Shown here: positions 26,099 through 33,920 of the stretch, piece after piece
How positions within the stretch are numbered: position 1 is the first letter of the stretch
How the letters are laid out: each line of letters starts with the position of its first letter
Origin: an uncultured Hyphomicrobiales bacterium
GTDB taxonomy: Bacteria > Bacteroidota > Ignavibacteria > Kapaibacteriales > UBA2268
Reading direction: 5' to 3'
DNA: 33,920 nt
Assembly: GCA_964628675.1 (NCBI GenBank)
Contig: CAZVPQ010000001.1
Location: 1 to 33,920, forward strand
Made by a program: the position numbers and the translations under genes
Notes under the pieces: model-generated
Seen by the model: only the letters and a program-made list of their open reading frames with translations
The model's database searches: none
What the model was told of the DNA's origin: nothing

Positions 26099-26303
26099 CC
26101 TAATTAATATCAAATTTGCCATCTTTTACCTTTTGAATCATTGCTCTAATTTTTACATTAAATTCTTCATCTTTTGAATATTTCCTTATGGCTTCGTCAA
26201 ATGATTTATCATTTTGAACTTCATTGTATAGTATTAATAATTTTGTTTTTCAACTCAGCATTTTGTGTGATTCCATTAAGGATAGCATCAATATTACTGC
26301 TCA
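26099..26303 (-). pseudogene. Small ORF paralogous to 1-186, interrupted by a 1-nt frameshift; it sits in the precursor-peptide position upstream of HlyD
   Basis: The minus-strand ATG at 26303 has GAAGGA (26313-26318) 9 nt upstream. It opens MSSNIDAILNGITQNAELKNKIINTIQ* (stop 26220-26222). A +1 shift at about 26225 continues as NEVQNDKSFDEAIRKYSKDEEFNVKIRAMIQKVKDGKFDIN* (stop 26099-26101). The joined product aligns with the 1-186 product across the junction (KSKIIKTINEVQN vs KNKIINTI-NEVQN). Relative to copy 1-186, this copy carries one extra base. Confidence 0.65.
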
Positions 26304-26882
26304 TTGCTATTAATCCTTCTGATTATATAACTAAATTAATACTTACTTAATAGGTTCTAAAAATGCAATTATTTAATAAATAAATGAAAAAGATATCAAG
26401 AACCCAGTAAATATCTATTAAGTATAAAACGTTTAAAATAACTAAATATTATTCGTATATATAAATAATTGATTTTTTTATTTGTTTAGATAATATTACC
26501 AAATATTTTAACATATTTTGCTACAAAATCAATCATTATTATTTTTTTATATTGAAATTTGCTTATTATCGGCTATGATATAATTGTTAATGAATTTACT
26601 TTCTTAATTGCTATTCAAATTCTTTCACCATTTGATTTTTATCTTTGTGATCCATTTGTTTGTTACTTTGTTTTTTGTTCTTTGGCATCTTCAAAAAACG
26701 GATATTCTATTACATTACATTAAGTTGTTTTTTAGAACGTCCAATAAATAATTATATGTTTTTTTGAAGTAAATTATTATATTTAAAATTGTGCAAGAAA
26801 CAGATTTGAAATATTAACTTATTTATTGATAGTAAGTTCTTAATTGTTATAATTAAATAATATAGATTTTTCTTTTCAAAAG

Positions 26883-29800
26883 GTGAAAGAAATGGGAACT
26901 CCAATATATAAATTAGGTATAGATGTAGGTTCTACGACGGCAAAGGCGGCATTAATAAACTCAGATTTATCAGTAGCTTTCTCGGATTATCAAAGACATC
27001 ACGGCTCAATAATAGATACTGTAATCAATATCATTAAAAAAGTACAAAGCCAATTTGGGAATATAGAGTTAAGTGTTGCAATAACCGGTTCGGCTGGTAT
27101 GGGCATCTCGGAAAAAACGAAAATACCATTCCTGCAAGAATTAATTGCTTCTTCTGAATTTGTTGATAAATTTCATCCTGAAATCAAAACTTTGATTGAT
27201 ATTGGCGGTGAAGATTCTAAAATTATTTTCTTTGATGATAAATCAGGGCACGATTTACGAATGAACGGTAGTTGTGCAGGTGGCACAGGCTCTTTTATCG
27301 ACCAAATGGCGAGTTTGCTTGATGTTACTTTGCCGGAGTTGGACGAGTTGGCTTCTCAATACAAAGAAATTCATTCAATAGCATCAAGGTGCGGCGTTTT
27401 TGCCAAAACCGACGTACAGAATTTGTTGAGTCGTGAAATACCAAGACCCGATATATGTGCTTCAATCTTTGACGCAGTTGCTTTACAAATAAAAAATTCT
27501 CTACTACGTGGTAAAGAAATAATTCCAAAAGTTGTTTTCGCAGGCGGTCCTTTAAAATTCCTATCTAATTTAAGAGAATCAATGAAAAGAATTTTTGAAA
27601 TTGACGAAGAAGATATTTTACATTTGGAACATCCCGAATTATTGCCTGCTATTGGCTCTGCTGTGGCTGATAATATTGACAGACCTATATGGGAAATCAA
27701 CACATTAATTGAGAATTTGATAAAATCAAAGAAGGTTTCTATTGTTTCCGATAGCAATATCAAACCCTTGTTTGAAGACAACATTGAATACTTGGAATGG
27801 AAAGAATTCAAATCCAATATCAAAGCTCCGAGAATTGATATTAGTGAACTGAATAATAAGGAATGTTTTTTGGGTATTGACTCCGGTTCAACAACAACTA
27901 AAATTGTGCTAATTGACCAAGACAATAAAATAGCTTTTGATTTTTATCAAAATAATAATGGTAAACCAATCGAAAGTGTAAAAAAAGGCTTGTTGGAATT
28001 AAAAAAACAATGTAATGAAAATAATATTAACCCTATCATAAAAACATCGACGGTAACAGGCTATGGTGAAGATTTAATCAAATCCGCTTTTAATATTAAT
28101 TATGGTATTGTTGAAACTATTGCGCATTATAAAGCCGCAAAAGTATTTGATGACAAGGTTAGCTTTATTCTTGATATTGGTGGTCAAGATATGAAAGCGA
28201 TTTTTGTTAAAGACGGTATAATTCAAAATATAGAAATCAATGAGGCTTGTTCTTCGGGTTGCGGTTCATTTATCGAAACATTTGCAAATTCTTTGGATTA
28301 TACTGTTGAAAAATTTTCAGAGATAGCTGTATCGGCTTACAATCCTTGTGATTTGGGAACTAGATGCACCGTATTTATGAACTCTAAAGTCAAGCAATCT
28401 TTTAGAGAGGGCGCCCCTGTATCGGATATATCAGCTGGTTTGGCATATTCAGTTGTTCAAAATTGTTTGCATAAAGTTCTTAAAATCTATGATAATTCGG
28501 TTTTGGGTAACAATATTGTTGTGCAGGGCGGAACTTTCAAAAATGCCGCTGTTCATCGTGCTTTCGAGAAAATATCAGGTAAAAAAGTAATATCACCCGA
28601 TATATCGGAATTGATGGGAGCTTATGGTTCGGCTATCATTGCAAAAAATTTGTATTATCAAGATAAAGCTATTATAAAAGAAGACTTTAATTTAGATAAT
28701 ATTGAAAATATTGGCAAGTACGATGTTAAATTTACTGTATGCAGAGGTTGCGAAAATCATTGCAAAGTCAGTCGCTTGAAGTTTGAGAATGGAAATATAT
28801 TTTTCACGGGGAATAGATGCGAAAGAGTATTTTCCAATAAAGGCACTAAAACGGAAAGAGGGCAAAATCTTGTTCAATATAAATATGATTTGTTATTTGA
28901 TAGAGAATTGAAACCCAATGGAGAAATAAAACAGAAAATAGGAATTCCAAGAGCTTTGAATATGTTCGAGAATTTCCCGTTTTGGACTACTTTGTTCACG
29001 GAAACAGGTTTTGAAGTTGTTTTGTCGGATAAGACAAGCGAAACAACAGCTCACATAGCTTCCGGTACATTGATGTCTGATAACATATGTTTCCCGGCAA
29101 AGATTACTAACGGGCATATCTTAAATTTGATTAATCAAGATGTCGATAGGATATTTTATCCTATTATAAATTTTGAAAAGAAAGAATTTAATGAAATGTC
29201 TAATAGCTTCAATTGTCCGGTCGTAACCGGTTATCCTACTGTTATAAAAAGTGCTATTAATCCCTCGGAGAAATACGGTATTCCTTATGATACACCGAAT
29301 ATAAATTTCAAAACCGAAAAATTATTAAAACAAGCCTGCTATAATTATTTTTCGACTCTCGGCGTTAGTAAAAAATCTTTCAATAAAGCTTTTAAGAAGG
29401 CATTAGCAGAGTTTAAAAAATTCAAACAATTGATTAGAACAAAAGCATCGGAGATTTTAATTCAATCTACTATTGATAATAGAAAAGTCATTGTATTGGC
29501 TCAAAGACCTTACCAAATTGACCCGATTGTTAATCACGGCATTCCCGAGATGATAGCCGATTTCGGCTACGATGTTATCACAGAAGATTCCTTGCCTTAT
29601 ACAGATGAAGATACTGTTGATAATTTGGTTGTGCTATCTCAATGGGGTTATCCAAACAGATTATACAGAGCGGCAAAATGGGCATTACGTTTTGATAATG
29701 TAGAATTCATACAGCTTAATAGTTTCGGTTGCGGTCCCGATACATTGGTGATAGACGAAATTGCTGATTTGATGGAGCTTTCGGGCAAGCCCCACTCCGT

Positions 29801-31211
29801 AATTAGAATTGATGAACAATCGGCACAAGGTTCGTTGAAATTAAGAATTAGGTCATTGATTGAATCCTTTAAATTGAGAGAAGAAAACAGCAGAGAAACT
29901 AAGGCAAAAGCTAAAAGGAAGATAACAAAAGTATTTACCGATGCTGATAAAAATAGAAAAATTATTGCACCTTTCTTCTCGCCATTCCATTCAGCCTATG
30001 CTACTGCAGCGTTCAAATCTCTTGGCTATGAGATTGAACAACTGCCCCCATCGGACAAGGAATCAATAGATTTAGGTTTGAAATATATCAATAACGAAAT
30101 TTGCTATCCTGCTACTTTGGTTGTGGGTGATGTACTCAGAGCTTTGAAATCCGGTGATTATGATTTGGATAATGTCGCTGTTGGTATCACTCAGACAGGA
30201 GGACAGTGCAGGGCATCGAATTATTTACCATTAATTAAAAAAGGATTAATCAAAAACGGATATTATAATGTGCCTGTTGTTGGGATAACATTATCCAATT
30301 TGGAATTAAATAAGCAACCCGGCTTTAAGATTAGTAAAACTAAGTTTATGAATCAAGCTATCTTGGGTTTGCTCTATGGTGATGCTATTTCGAGAATGTT
30401 CTACTCTCTTGCTCCGAGAGAAAAAGTCAAAGGGAGTGCCGAAAGGGTTTCCAATAAATACGCAGATTTAGCTCAAGAATTTATTGCTAAATCCGAGAAG
30501 AAAAAAATATTATCCGTATTGAAAGATGCTGTTGAGGAATTTAATCGTATTGAAGTTATCAGAGACAAAATCCCGAGAGTTGGTATTGTCGGCGAAATTT
30601 ATGTCAAATATAATCCAATCGGTAATAATCATGCTATAGATTATCTTATTGAGCATGGTGTGGAACCTGTTATTCCTCCATTGATAAATATGTTTACACA
30701 GTGGTTTGTCAATATTGATGTGAAAAATGATTATTTGATTGACCATAAACCCGTGATGAAGCAATTAGGTCATATATTTGAGAAAAAATACAACAAAATT
30801 GACGCTGAGTTTGAAAATATTATGTCGTATTTCAAATATAATCATCCAAAGCATAACATACGTCATATTGCAGACCTTGCTAAAAAGGTAGTTAATTTAA
30901 GTGTTCATTATTTTGGTGAAGGCTGGCTTATTGCAGGGGACATTCTTGCTTTCGAGGATTACGGAATTAATAATGTTTTATGCTTACAACCTTTTGGCTG
31001 TATTGCAAATCATATTGTAGCCAAAGGAATTGAAAACACATTGAAAAAAGCAAATCCGAAATTAAATGTATTATTCTTGGATATTGATTCCGGAGTTAGC
31101 CCTGTTAATCTTCATAATAGATTGTATTTATTAATGAAAAATGCAGAAAAAGAAATTAAAAATGAAGAAAAGACAGTGGAAATAGAACATTTAAATGAAG
31201 CGATAGTATAA
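26883..31211 (+). CDS. Large fusion protein: two BadF/BadG/BcrA/BcrD-type ATPase (acyl-CoA dehydratase activase) domains plus C-terminal 2-hydroxyacyl-CoA-dehydratase-like domains; substrate unknown
   Basis: ATPase 1 (~26904-27668): LGIDVGSTTAKAAL, IDIGGEDSK, GSCAGGTGSFID, ASRCGVFAKTD, FAGGP. ATPase 2 (~27861-28646): LGIDSGSTTTKIVL, LDIGGQDMK, EACSSGCGSFIE, GTRCTVFMNS, VQGGTF. Cys cluster C-x2-C-x3-C...C at ~28740-28820 (CRGCENHC...NRC). The C-terminal ~750 aa carry dehydratase-component-like motifs (ICFPAK, NEICYPAT, QTGGQCRASNY, QPFGCI). Position 26883 is GTG; the ATG at 26892 is an alternative start. Confidence 0.85.
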   Translation: MKEMGTPIYKLGIDVGSTTAKAALINSDLSVAFSDYQRHHGSIIDTVINIIKKVQSQFGNIELSVAITGSAGMGISEKTKIPFLQELIASSEFVDKFHPEIKTLIDIGGEDSKIIFFDDKSGHDLRMNGSCAGGTGSFIDQMASLLDVTLPELDELASQYKEIHSIASRCGVFAKTDVQNLLSREIPRPDICASIFDAVALQIKNSLLRGKEIIPKVVFAGGPLKFLSNLRESMKRIFEIDEEDILHLEHPELLPAIGSAVADNIDRPIWEINTLIENLIKSKKVSIVSDSNIKPLFEDNIEYLEWKEFKSNIKAPRIDISELNNKECFLGIDSGSTTTKIVLIDQDNKIAFDFYQNNNGKPIESVKKGLLELKKQCNENNINPIIKTSTVTGYGEDLIKSAFNINYGIVETIAHYKAAKVFDDKVSFILDIGGQDMKAIFVKDGIIQNIEINEACSSGCGSFIETFANSLDYTVEKFSEIAVSAYNPCDLGTRCTVFMNSKVKQSFREGAPVSDISAGLAYSVVQNCLHKVLKIYDNSVLGNNIVVQGGTFKNAAVHRAFEKISGKKVISPDISELMGAYGSAIIAKNLYYQDKAIIKEDFNLDNIENIGKYDVKFTVCRGCENHCKVSRLKFENGNIFFTGNRCERVFSNKGTKTERGQNLVQYKYDLLFDRELKPNGEIKQKIGIPRALNMFENFPFWTTLFTETGFEVVLSDKTSETTAHIASGTLMSDNICFPAKITNGHILNLINQDVDRIFYPIINFEKKEFNEMSNSFNCPVVTGYPTVIKSAINPSEKYGIPYDTPNINFKTEKLLKQACYNYFSTLGVSKKSFNKAFKKALAEFKKFKQLIRTKASEILIQSTIDNRKVIVLAQRPYQIDPIVNHGIPEMIADFGYDVITEDSLPYTDEDTVDNLVVLSQWGYPNRLYRAAKWALRFDNVEFIQLNSFGCGPDTLVIDEIADLMELSGKPHSVIRIDEQSAQGSLKLRIRSLIESFKLREENSRETKAKAKRKITKVFTDADKNRKIIAPFFSPFHSAYATAAFKSLGYEIEQLPPSDKESIDLGLKYINNEICYPATLVVGDVLRALKSGDYDLDNVAVGITQTGGQCRASNYLPLIKKGLIKNGYYNVPVVGITLSNLELNKQPGFKISKTKFMNQAILGLLYGDAISRMFYSLAPREKVKGSAERVSNKYADLAQEFIAKSEKKKILSVLKDAVEEFNRIEVIRDKIPRVGIVGEIYVKYNPIGNNHAIDYLIEHGVEPVIPPLINMFTQWFVNIDVKNDYLIDHKPVMKQLGHIFEKKYNKIDAEFENIMSYFKYNHPKHNIRHIADLAKKVVNLSVHYFGEGWLIAGDILAFEDYGINNVLCLQPFGCIANHIVAKGIENTLKKANPKLNVLFLDIDSGVSPVNLHNRLYLLMKNAEKEIKNEEKTVEIEHLNEAIV

Positions 31212-31254
31212 ATCAAGAATACTAACTCAAATTATATTGTGATTATTACGTCAA

Positions 31255-31281
31255 TTAATAAGTTTATTAATTAATAAGTGT
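31255..31281. repeat. 11-nt direct repeat AATTAATAAGT x2 (31255-31265 and 31271-31281) upstream of the S41 peptidase gene; possible regulatory site
   Basis: Read directly from the sequence; the repeat starts are 16 nt apart. An AT-only motif in AT-rich DNA has limited significance. Confidence 0.25.
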
Positions 31282-31307
31282 GGAAATATTATAAAAGAGT
31301 ACAATAA

Positions 31308-32945
31308 ATGAAAAAATTTATTTATATCATTCTTGCAATAGCCGTTGGCATATCAATAGGGTTTTTTATACAACCTCTGATATCCGGAGACAGTGTTTTT
31401 CAAGAAGTAAAAAAATTCAATTTTGTATTAAATACAACTAATAAAAATTATGTAGATAAAGTTGACACTCATAAGCTTGTTGAATCTGCAATACGAGGTA
31501 TGCTAAAAGATCTTGACCCCCATTCAGTATATATTTCCGCTAAAGATATGAAAGGTGTCAAAGAAGATTTCAATGCTAGTTTTGATGGTATTGGAGTTGA
31601 ATTTGATATAGTTAATGATACTATTATTATTGTTTCACCTATACCCGGTGGACCGAGTGAAACTTTGGGTATAATGGCTGGAGATAGAATTGTTAAAATC
31701 GACAATAAAAATGCCGTAGGTTTGAGTAGAAGCGAAGTTCCTAAAAGATTGAAGGGTCCTAAAGGGACACAAGTCAAAGTCGATATAAAACGGGAAGGAA
31801 TCAAAGATTTACTAACATATAATATTACACGTGATAAAATACCTATTTTTACAGTTGATGCTAGTTTTTTGATAGACAGTACGGATATAGGCGTAGTTGT
31901 AATTAATAGATTTGCGGCGACAACTTATGAAGAGACAGCCAAAGCTATCACGAAATTACAATCGCAAGGTATGAAAAAATTGATTATCGATCTCAGAGGA
32001 AATCCCGGCGGATATTTATCCCAAGCATATTATATAGCAGATAGTTTCATTGAAGGTGGGGATACAATTGTTTATACAAAGGGACGCAAACCAGAATTTT
32101 CAGAAGCTTTCACTTCGAATCCAGGTGGGAATTTTGAAAATTTACCATTGATAGTTTTAGTTAATGCAGGCTCTGCTTCTGCCAGCGAAATACTTTCAGG
32201 TGCAATTCAAGATTTAGATAGAGGATTGATAGTTGGAACAACAACATTTGGTAAAGGTTTAGTACAAAGGCAATATGAAGTTGGGGACGGTTCTGCTTTC
32301 AGATTAACTACTTCAAGGTATTACACACCATCGGGCAGATGTATCCAAAGATCCTATAAAGATAAAGATAAATATAGACATTTATTCGGTAGAGCTTTTC
32401 TAAAAGACGGCTCTTATATCAATAATTCGATAGAAAAAATTAAAGATGGATTAAAATCGGATATCCCCCAAGATAAAGCTTTGAATTTAGATTCTTTGCC
32501 TATTTATCATACTAAAAACGGAAGAATGGTGCTTGGAAGCGGAGGAATTACTCCTGATTATATTGTTCAAATGGATACTTTGACCTCCTTTGGAGTAGAT
32601 GTTAAAATCAAAAATTTATTTACTGAATTTGTAAATGATTTAGTAGATGTGAATAAGATTAAGAAAAAGTATTCTGAGAATTTCAAAGATTATTTACGCA
32701 ATTTCCATATTGATAAAAAAATGATTGATAGGTTCAAGAAATTAGCTATTAAAAAAGGTGTTAAATGGAACGACAAATTATTCAAAGTTGATAAAGATTA
32801 TATTACAACTGCTATTAAAGCGTCAATAGCACGTTCTATTTGGAATAGAAATAGATTTTTACAAGTCTTTTTTACTTTGGATAATCAACTTAAAAAAGCA
32901 TCTACTCTGTTCCCCGATTTAAAATTGTTGACAGAAAACAAGTAA
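31308..32945 (+). CDS. S41 family C-terminal processing (tail-specific) peptidase with a PDZ domain
   Basis: N-terminal signal-anchor (FIYIILAIAVGISIGFFI). PDZ segment: GIGVEFDIVNDTIIIVSPIPGGPSETLGIMAGDRIVKIDN. S41 catalytic motifs: LRGNPGG, GSASASEILSGA (Ser) and TFGKGLVQ (Lys). Confidence 0.9.
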   Translation: MKKFIYIILAIAVGISIGFFIQPLISGDSVFQEVKKFNFVLNTTNKNYVDKVDTHKLVESAIRGMLKDLDPHSVYISAKDMKGVKEDFNASFDGIGVEFDIVNDTIIIVSPIPGGPSETLGIMAGDRIVKIDNKNAVGLSRSEVPKRLKGPKGTQVKVDIKREGIKDLLTYNITRDKIPIFTVDASFLIDSTDIGVVVINRFAATTYEETAKAITKLQSQGMKKLIIDLRGNPGGYLSQAYYIADSFIEGGDTIVYTKGRKPEFSEAFTSNPGGNFENLPLIVLVNAGSASASEILSGAIQDLDRGLIVGTTTFGKGLVQRQYEVGDGSAFRLTTSRYYTPSGRCIQRSYKDKDKYRHLFGRAFLKDGSYINNSIEKIKDGLKSDIPQDKALNLDSLPIYHTKNGRMVLGSGGITPDYIVQMDTLTSFGVDVKIKNLFTEFVNDLVDVNKIKKKYSENFKDYLRNFHIDKKMIDRFKKLAIKKGVKWNDKLFKVDKDYITTAIKASIARSIWNRNRFLQVFFTLDNQLKKASTLFPDLKLLTENK

Positions 32946-33737
32946 ATGACTACAAATAGAAATATTTTTATCATAAGTTCATTAATATTTGTTTTAGTTA
33001 TTTTTCTAAATAATGCTAAATCTCAAATGTTATTTCCAAATGAACAACTTGAATACAGGGTTTCATTTTTAGGAATAACAATTGGACATATCTATATTGA
33101 TACGGAACAAGAAGAAGAATTAAACGGAAATAAAACGATTAAGACAAAGGGATATATGGAATCCAATCCGGATATCCCTTTTATTGATTTGCGGGCTATA
33201 TATTTGAGTTGGCTTGACCCATCAGGAAATTTCTCACATAAGTTTATCGGCAAAGTAAGATTAAGCGACGGCACTTGGGATTATCAACAAATAGATTTTG
33301 ATTACAAAGATAAAATAATTAAAAATGTTAAATTCGCTCACAAAAGAAAATTTATTGATACCTCTTTTCACACATCTCGCAAAACTCAAGATGGTTTAGC
33401 GCTATTCTTTTTTGCACGTCAAAACTTAAAAGTCGGTAAGTCTTTAAAAATACCAACTATCGTTGATAGAGATATAGTTTATACTAACATAGACTTTAAA
33501 AATATAAAACAAACCACTGAAATAGATGCTCTTGATTATAAAGTTCAAACCGTATATTTTTACGGAAAAGCTAACTGGACAGGGATATATGGTTTGACCG
33601 GTGAATTTGAGGGTTGGTTTTCAGATGACTCCGCAAGGGTACCAATAGTTGCAAGAATGAAAGTTTATGTAGGTAGTATTTATATTGAATTAATTAAGTG
33701 GAAAAGAGGAACTTGGCAACCTCCAAAAGAGAAATAA
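32946..33737 (+). CDS. DUF3108-like secreted/outer-membrane beta-barrel protein
   Basis: Signal peptide (IFIISSLIFVLVIFLNNAKSQ). This is followed by GEQLEY-like EQLEYRVSFLGITIGHIYID and beta-rich repeats ending in VGSIYIELIKW, a pattern I associate with DUF3108. The ATG directly abuts the upstream TAA (TAAATG at 32943-32948). Confidence 0.6.
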   Translation: MTTNRNIFIISSLIFVLVIFLNNAKSQMLFPNEQLEYRVSFLGITIGHIYIDTEQEEELNGNKTIKTKGYMESNPDIPFIDLRAIYLSWLDPSGNFSHKFIGKVRLSDGTWDYQQIDFDYKDKIIKNVKFAHKRKFIDTSFHTSRKTQDGLALFFFARQNLKVGKSLKIPTIVDRDIVYTNIDFKNIKQTTEIDALDYKVQTVYFYGKANWTGIYGLTGEFEGWFSDDSARVPIVARMKVYVGSIYIELIKWKRGTWQPPKEK

Positions 33738-33753
33738 GTCAAAAAGCAATTAA

Positions 33754-33791
33754 AACAAACTAACGTCTGTTCTCACTTCTGTTAGTTTGTT
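33754..33791 (+). terminator. Hairpin downstream of the DUF3108-like gene: 11-bp stem AACAAACTAAC / GTTAGTTTGTT with a 16-nt loop
   Basis: 33754-33764 is the exact reverse complement of 33781-33791. It starts 17 nt after the stop codon. No strong T-tract follows, so intrinsic-terminator function is plausible but unproven. Confidence 0.45.
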
Positions 33792-33920
33792 AGTTCATAA
33801 CATCTTACAATTTTATCAATTTGTGAAAATCTTTTAAAAATAAATAAACCTATAATAATTATTTTGGCTCTATATTGTATTGAGTGCGCAATTTTCAATT
33901 TCTAATTTTCAATGAATTGC

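Noticed and set aside
26220-26303. The 27-codon ORF MSSNIDAILNGITQNAELKNKIINTIQ* as a complete stand-alone micro-gene
   Set aside because: Its alignment to the paralog at 1-186 continues straight through the stop codon once a +1 shift is applied. A frameshifted or mis-assembled longer gene is therefore the better explanation.
1-26303. The inverted small-ORF copies as terminal inverted repeats of a composite transposon or genomic island
   Set aside because: The homology is coding-sequence homology between small genes. I recognised no transposase, integrase, tRNA attachment site or flanking direct repeats anywhere in the window. AT-richness also looks uniform across the boundaries by eye.
26611-26688. 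25-codon, highly basic minus-strand ORF (MPKNKKQSNKQMDHKDKNQMVKEFE) as a possible exporter substrate or precursor
   Set aside because: It has no SD-like motif, no similarity to the two small paralogs, no GG motif and no hydrophobic core. Lys/Asn/Gln-rich composition is what A-rich DNA yields by chance. It is kept only as a note inside the intergenic finding.
26304-26882. Searched the long spacer for a tRNA, riboswitch, CRISPR repeats or Bacteroidetes-type promoter motifs (TAnnTTTG)
   Set aside because: There are no GC-rich stems or cloverleaf-like segments and no repeated spacer-repeat structure. The only promoter-like feature is an imperfect -7-like match (cAgATTTG near 26801-26808). That is too weak to annotate.
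27325-30764. Minus-strand ORFs (27325-27528, 27371-27925, 28692-28877, 28893-29117, 30510-30764) inside the 1442-aa activase-like gene, plus similar ones at 15154-15381, 15827-16018, 16849-17049, 25579-25961, 31469-31804 and 33092-33274
   Set aside because: All are antisense shadows of strongly supported CDSs. Even the 184-aa one has no recognisable domain and sits opposite the conserved ATPase motifs.
31308-32945. The S41 peptidase as the missing leader-processing protease for the exporter substrate
   Set aside because: It is separated from the exporter by a large, unrelated, oppositely oriented gene. It has the standard housekeeping Ctp architecture (signal anchor, PDZ, Ser/Lys dyad) and is translationally coupled to a DUF3108-like envelope protein. 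Nothing in the sequence ties it to the cluster.
33888-33920. AATTTTCAAT direct repeat (33890-33899 and 33904-33913) flanked by inverted GCAATT/AATTGC at the window edge
   Set aside because: It is truncated by the window end and is a short AT-rich motif. No downstream gene is visible, so it cannot be interpreted.

Overview
Visibly AT-rich bacterial window. Gene content and the near-absence of Shine-Dalgarno motifs hint at an FCB-group/Bacteroidota-like genome, but that is inference only. There are three blocks. (1) About 0.3-18.1 kb, plus strand: a tightly packed six-gene hybrid NRPS-PKS-NRPS operon. It encodes an A-T-C-A-T NRPS, a KS-AT-KR-DH-T PKS, a stand-alone MDR-type enoyl reductase, a C-A-T-TE NRPS, an O-methyltransferase and an Sfp-type PPTase. 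(2) About 18.1-26.0 kb, minus strand: a four-gene type-I-secretion-like exporter of the kind normally linked to NHLP/Nif11 RiPP precursors (HlyD, C39-domain ABC, long ABC, TolC-like OMP). It converges on block 1 and overlaps it by 35 nt. The catalytic Cys and His positions of its C39 domain read Ser and Asp. A small, possibly Nif11-like ORF sits in the classic precursor position upstream of HlyD but is broken by a 1-nt frameshift. An intact paralog ends at nt 186 on the other strand, so the two copies bracket the ~26-kb cluster as an inverted pair. (3) About 26.9-33.7 kb, plus strand: a 1442-aa double BadF/BcrAD-type activase fused to dehydratase-like domains, an S41 C-terminal processing peptidase and a DUF3108-like protein. 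I recognised no rRNA, tRNA, CRISPR array, transposase or integrase. All family and domain calls come from motifs read by eye in the supplied translations, and domain borders are approximate (about +/-30 aa).
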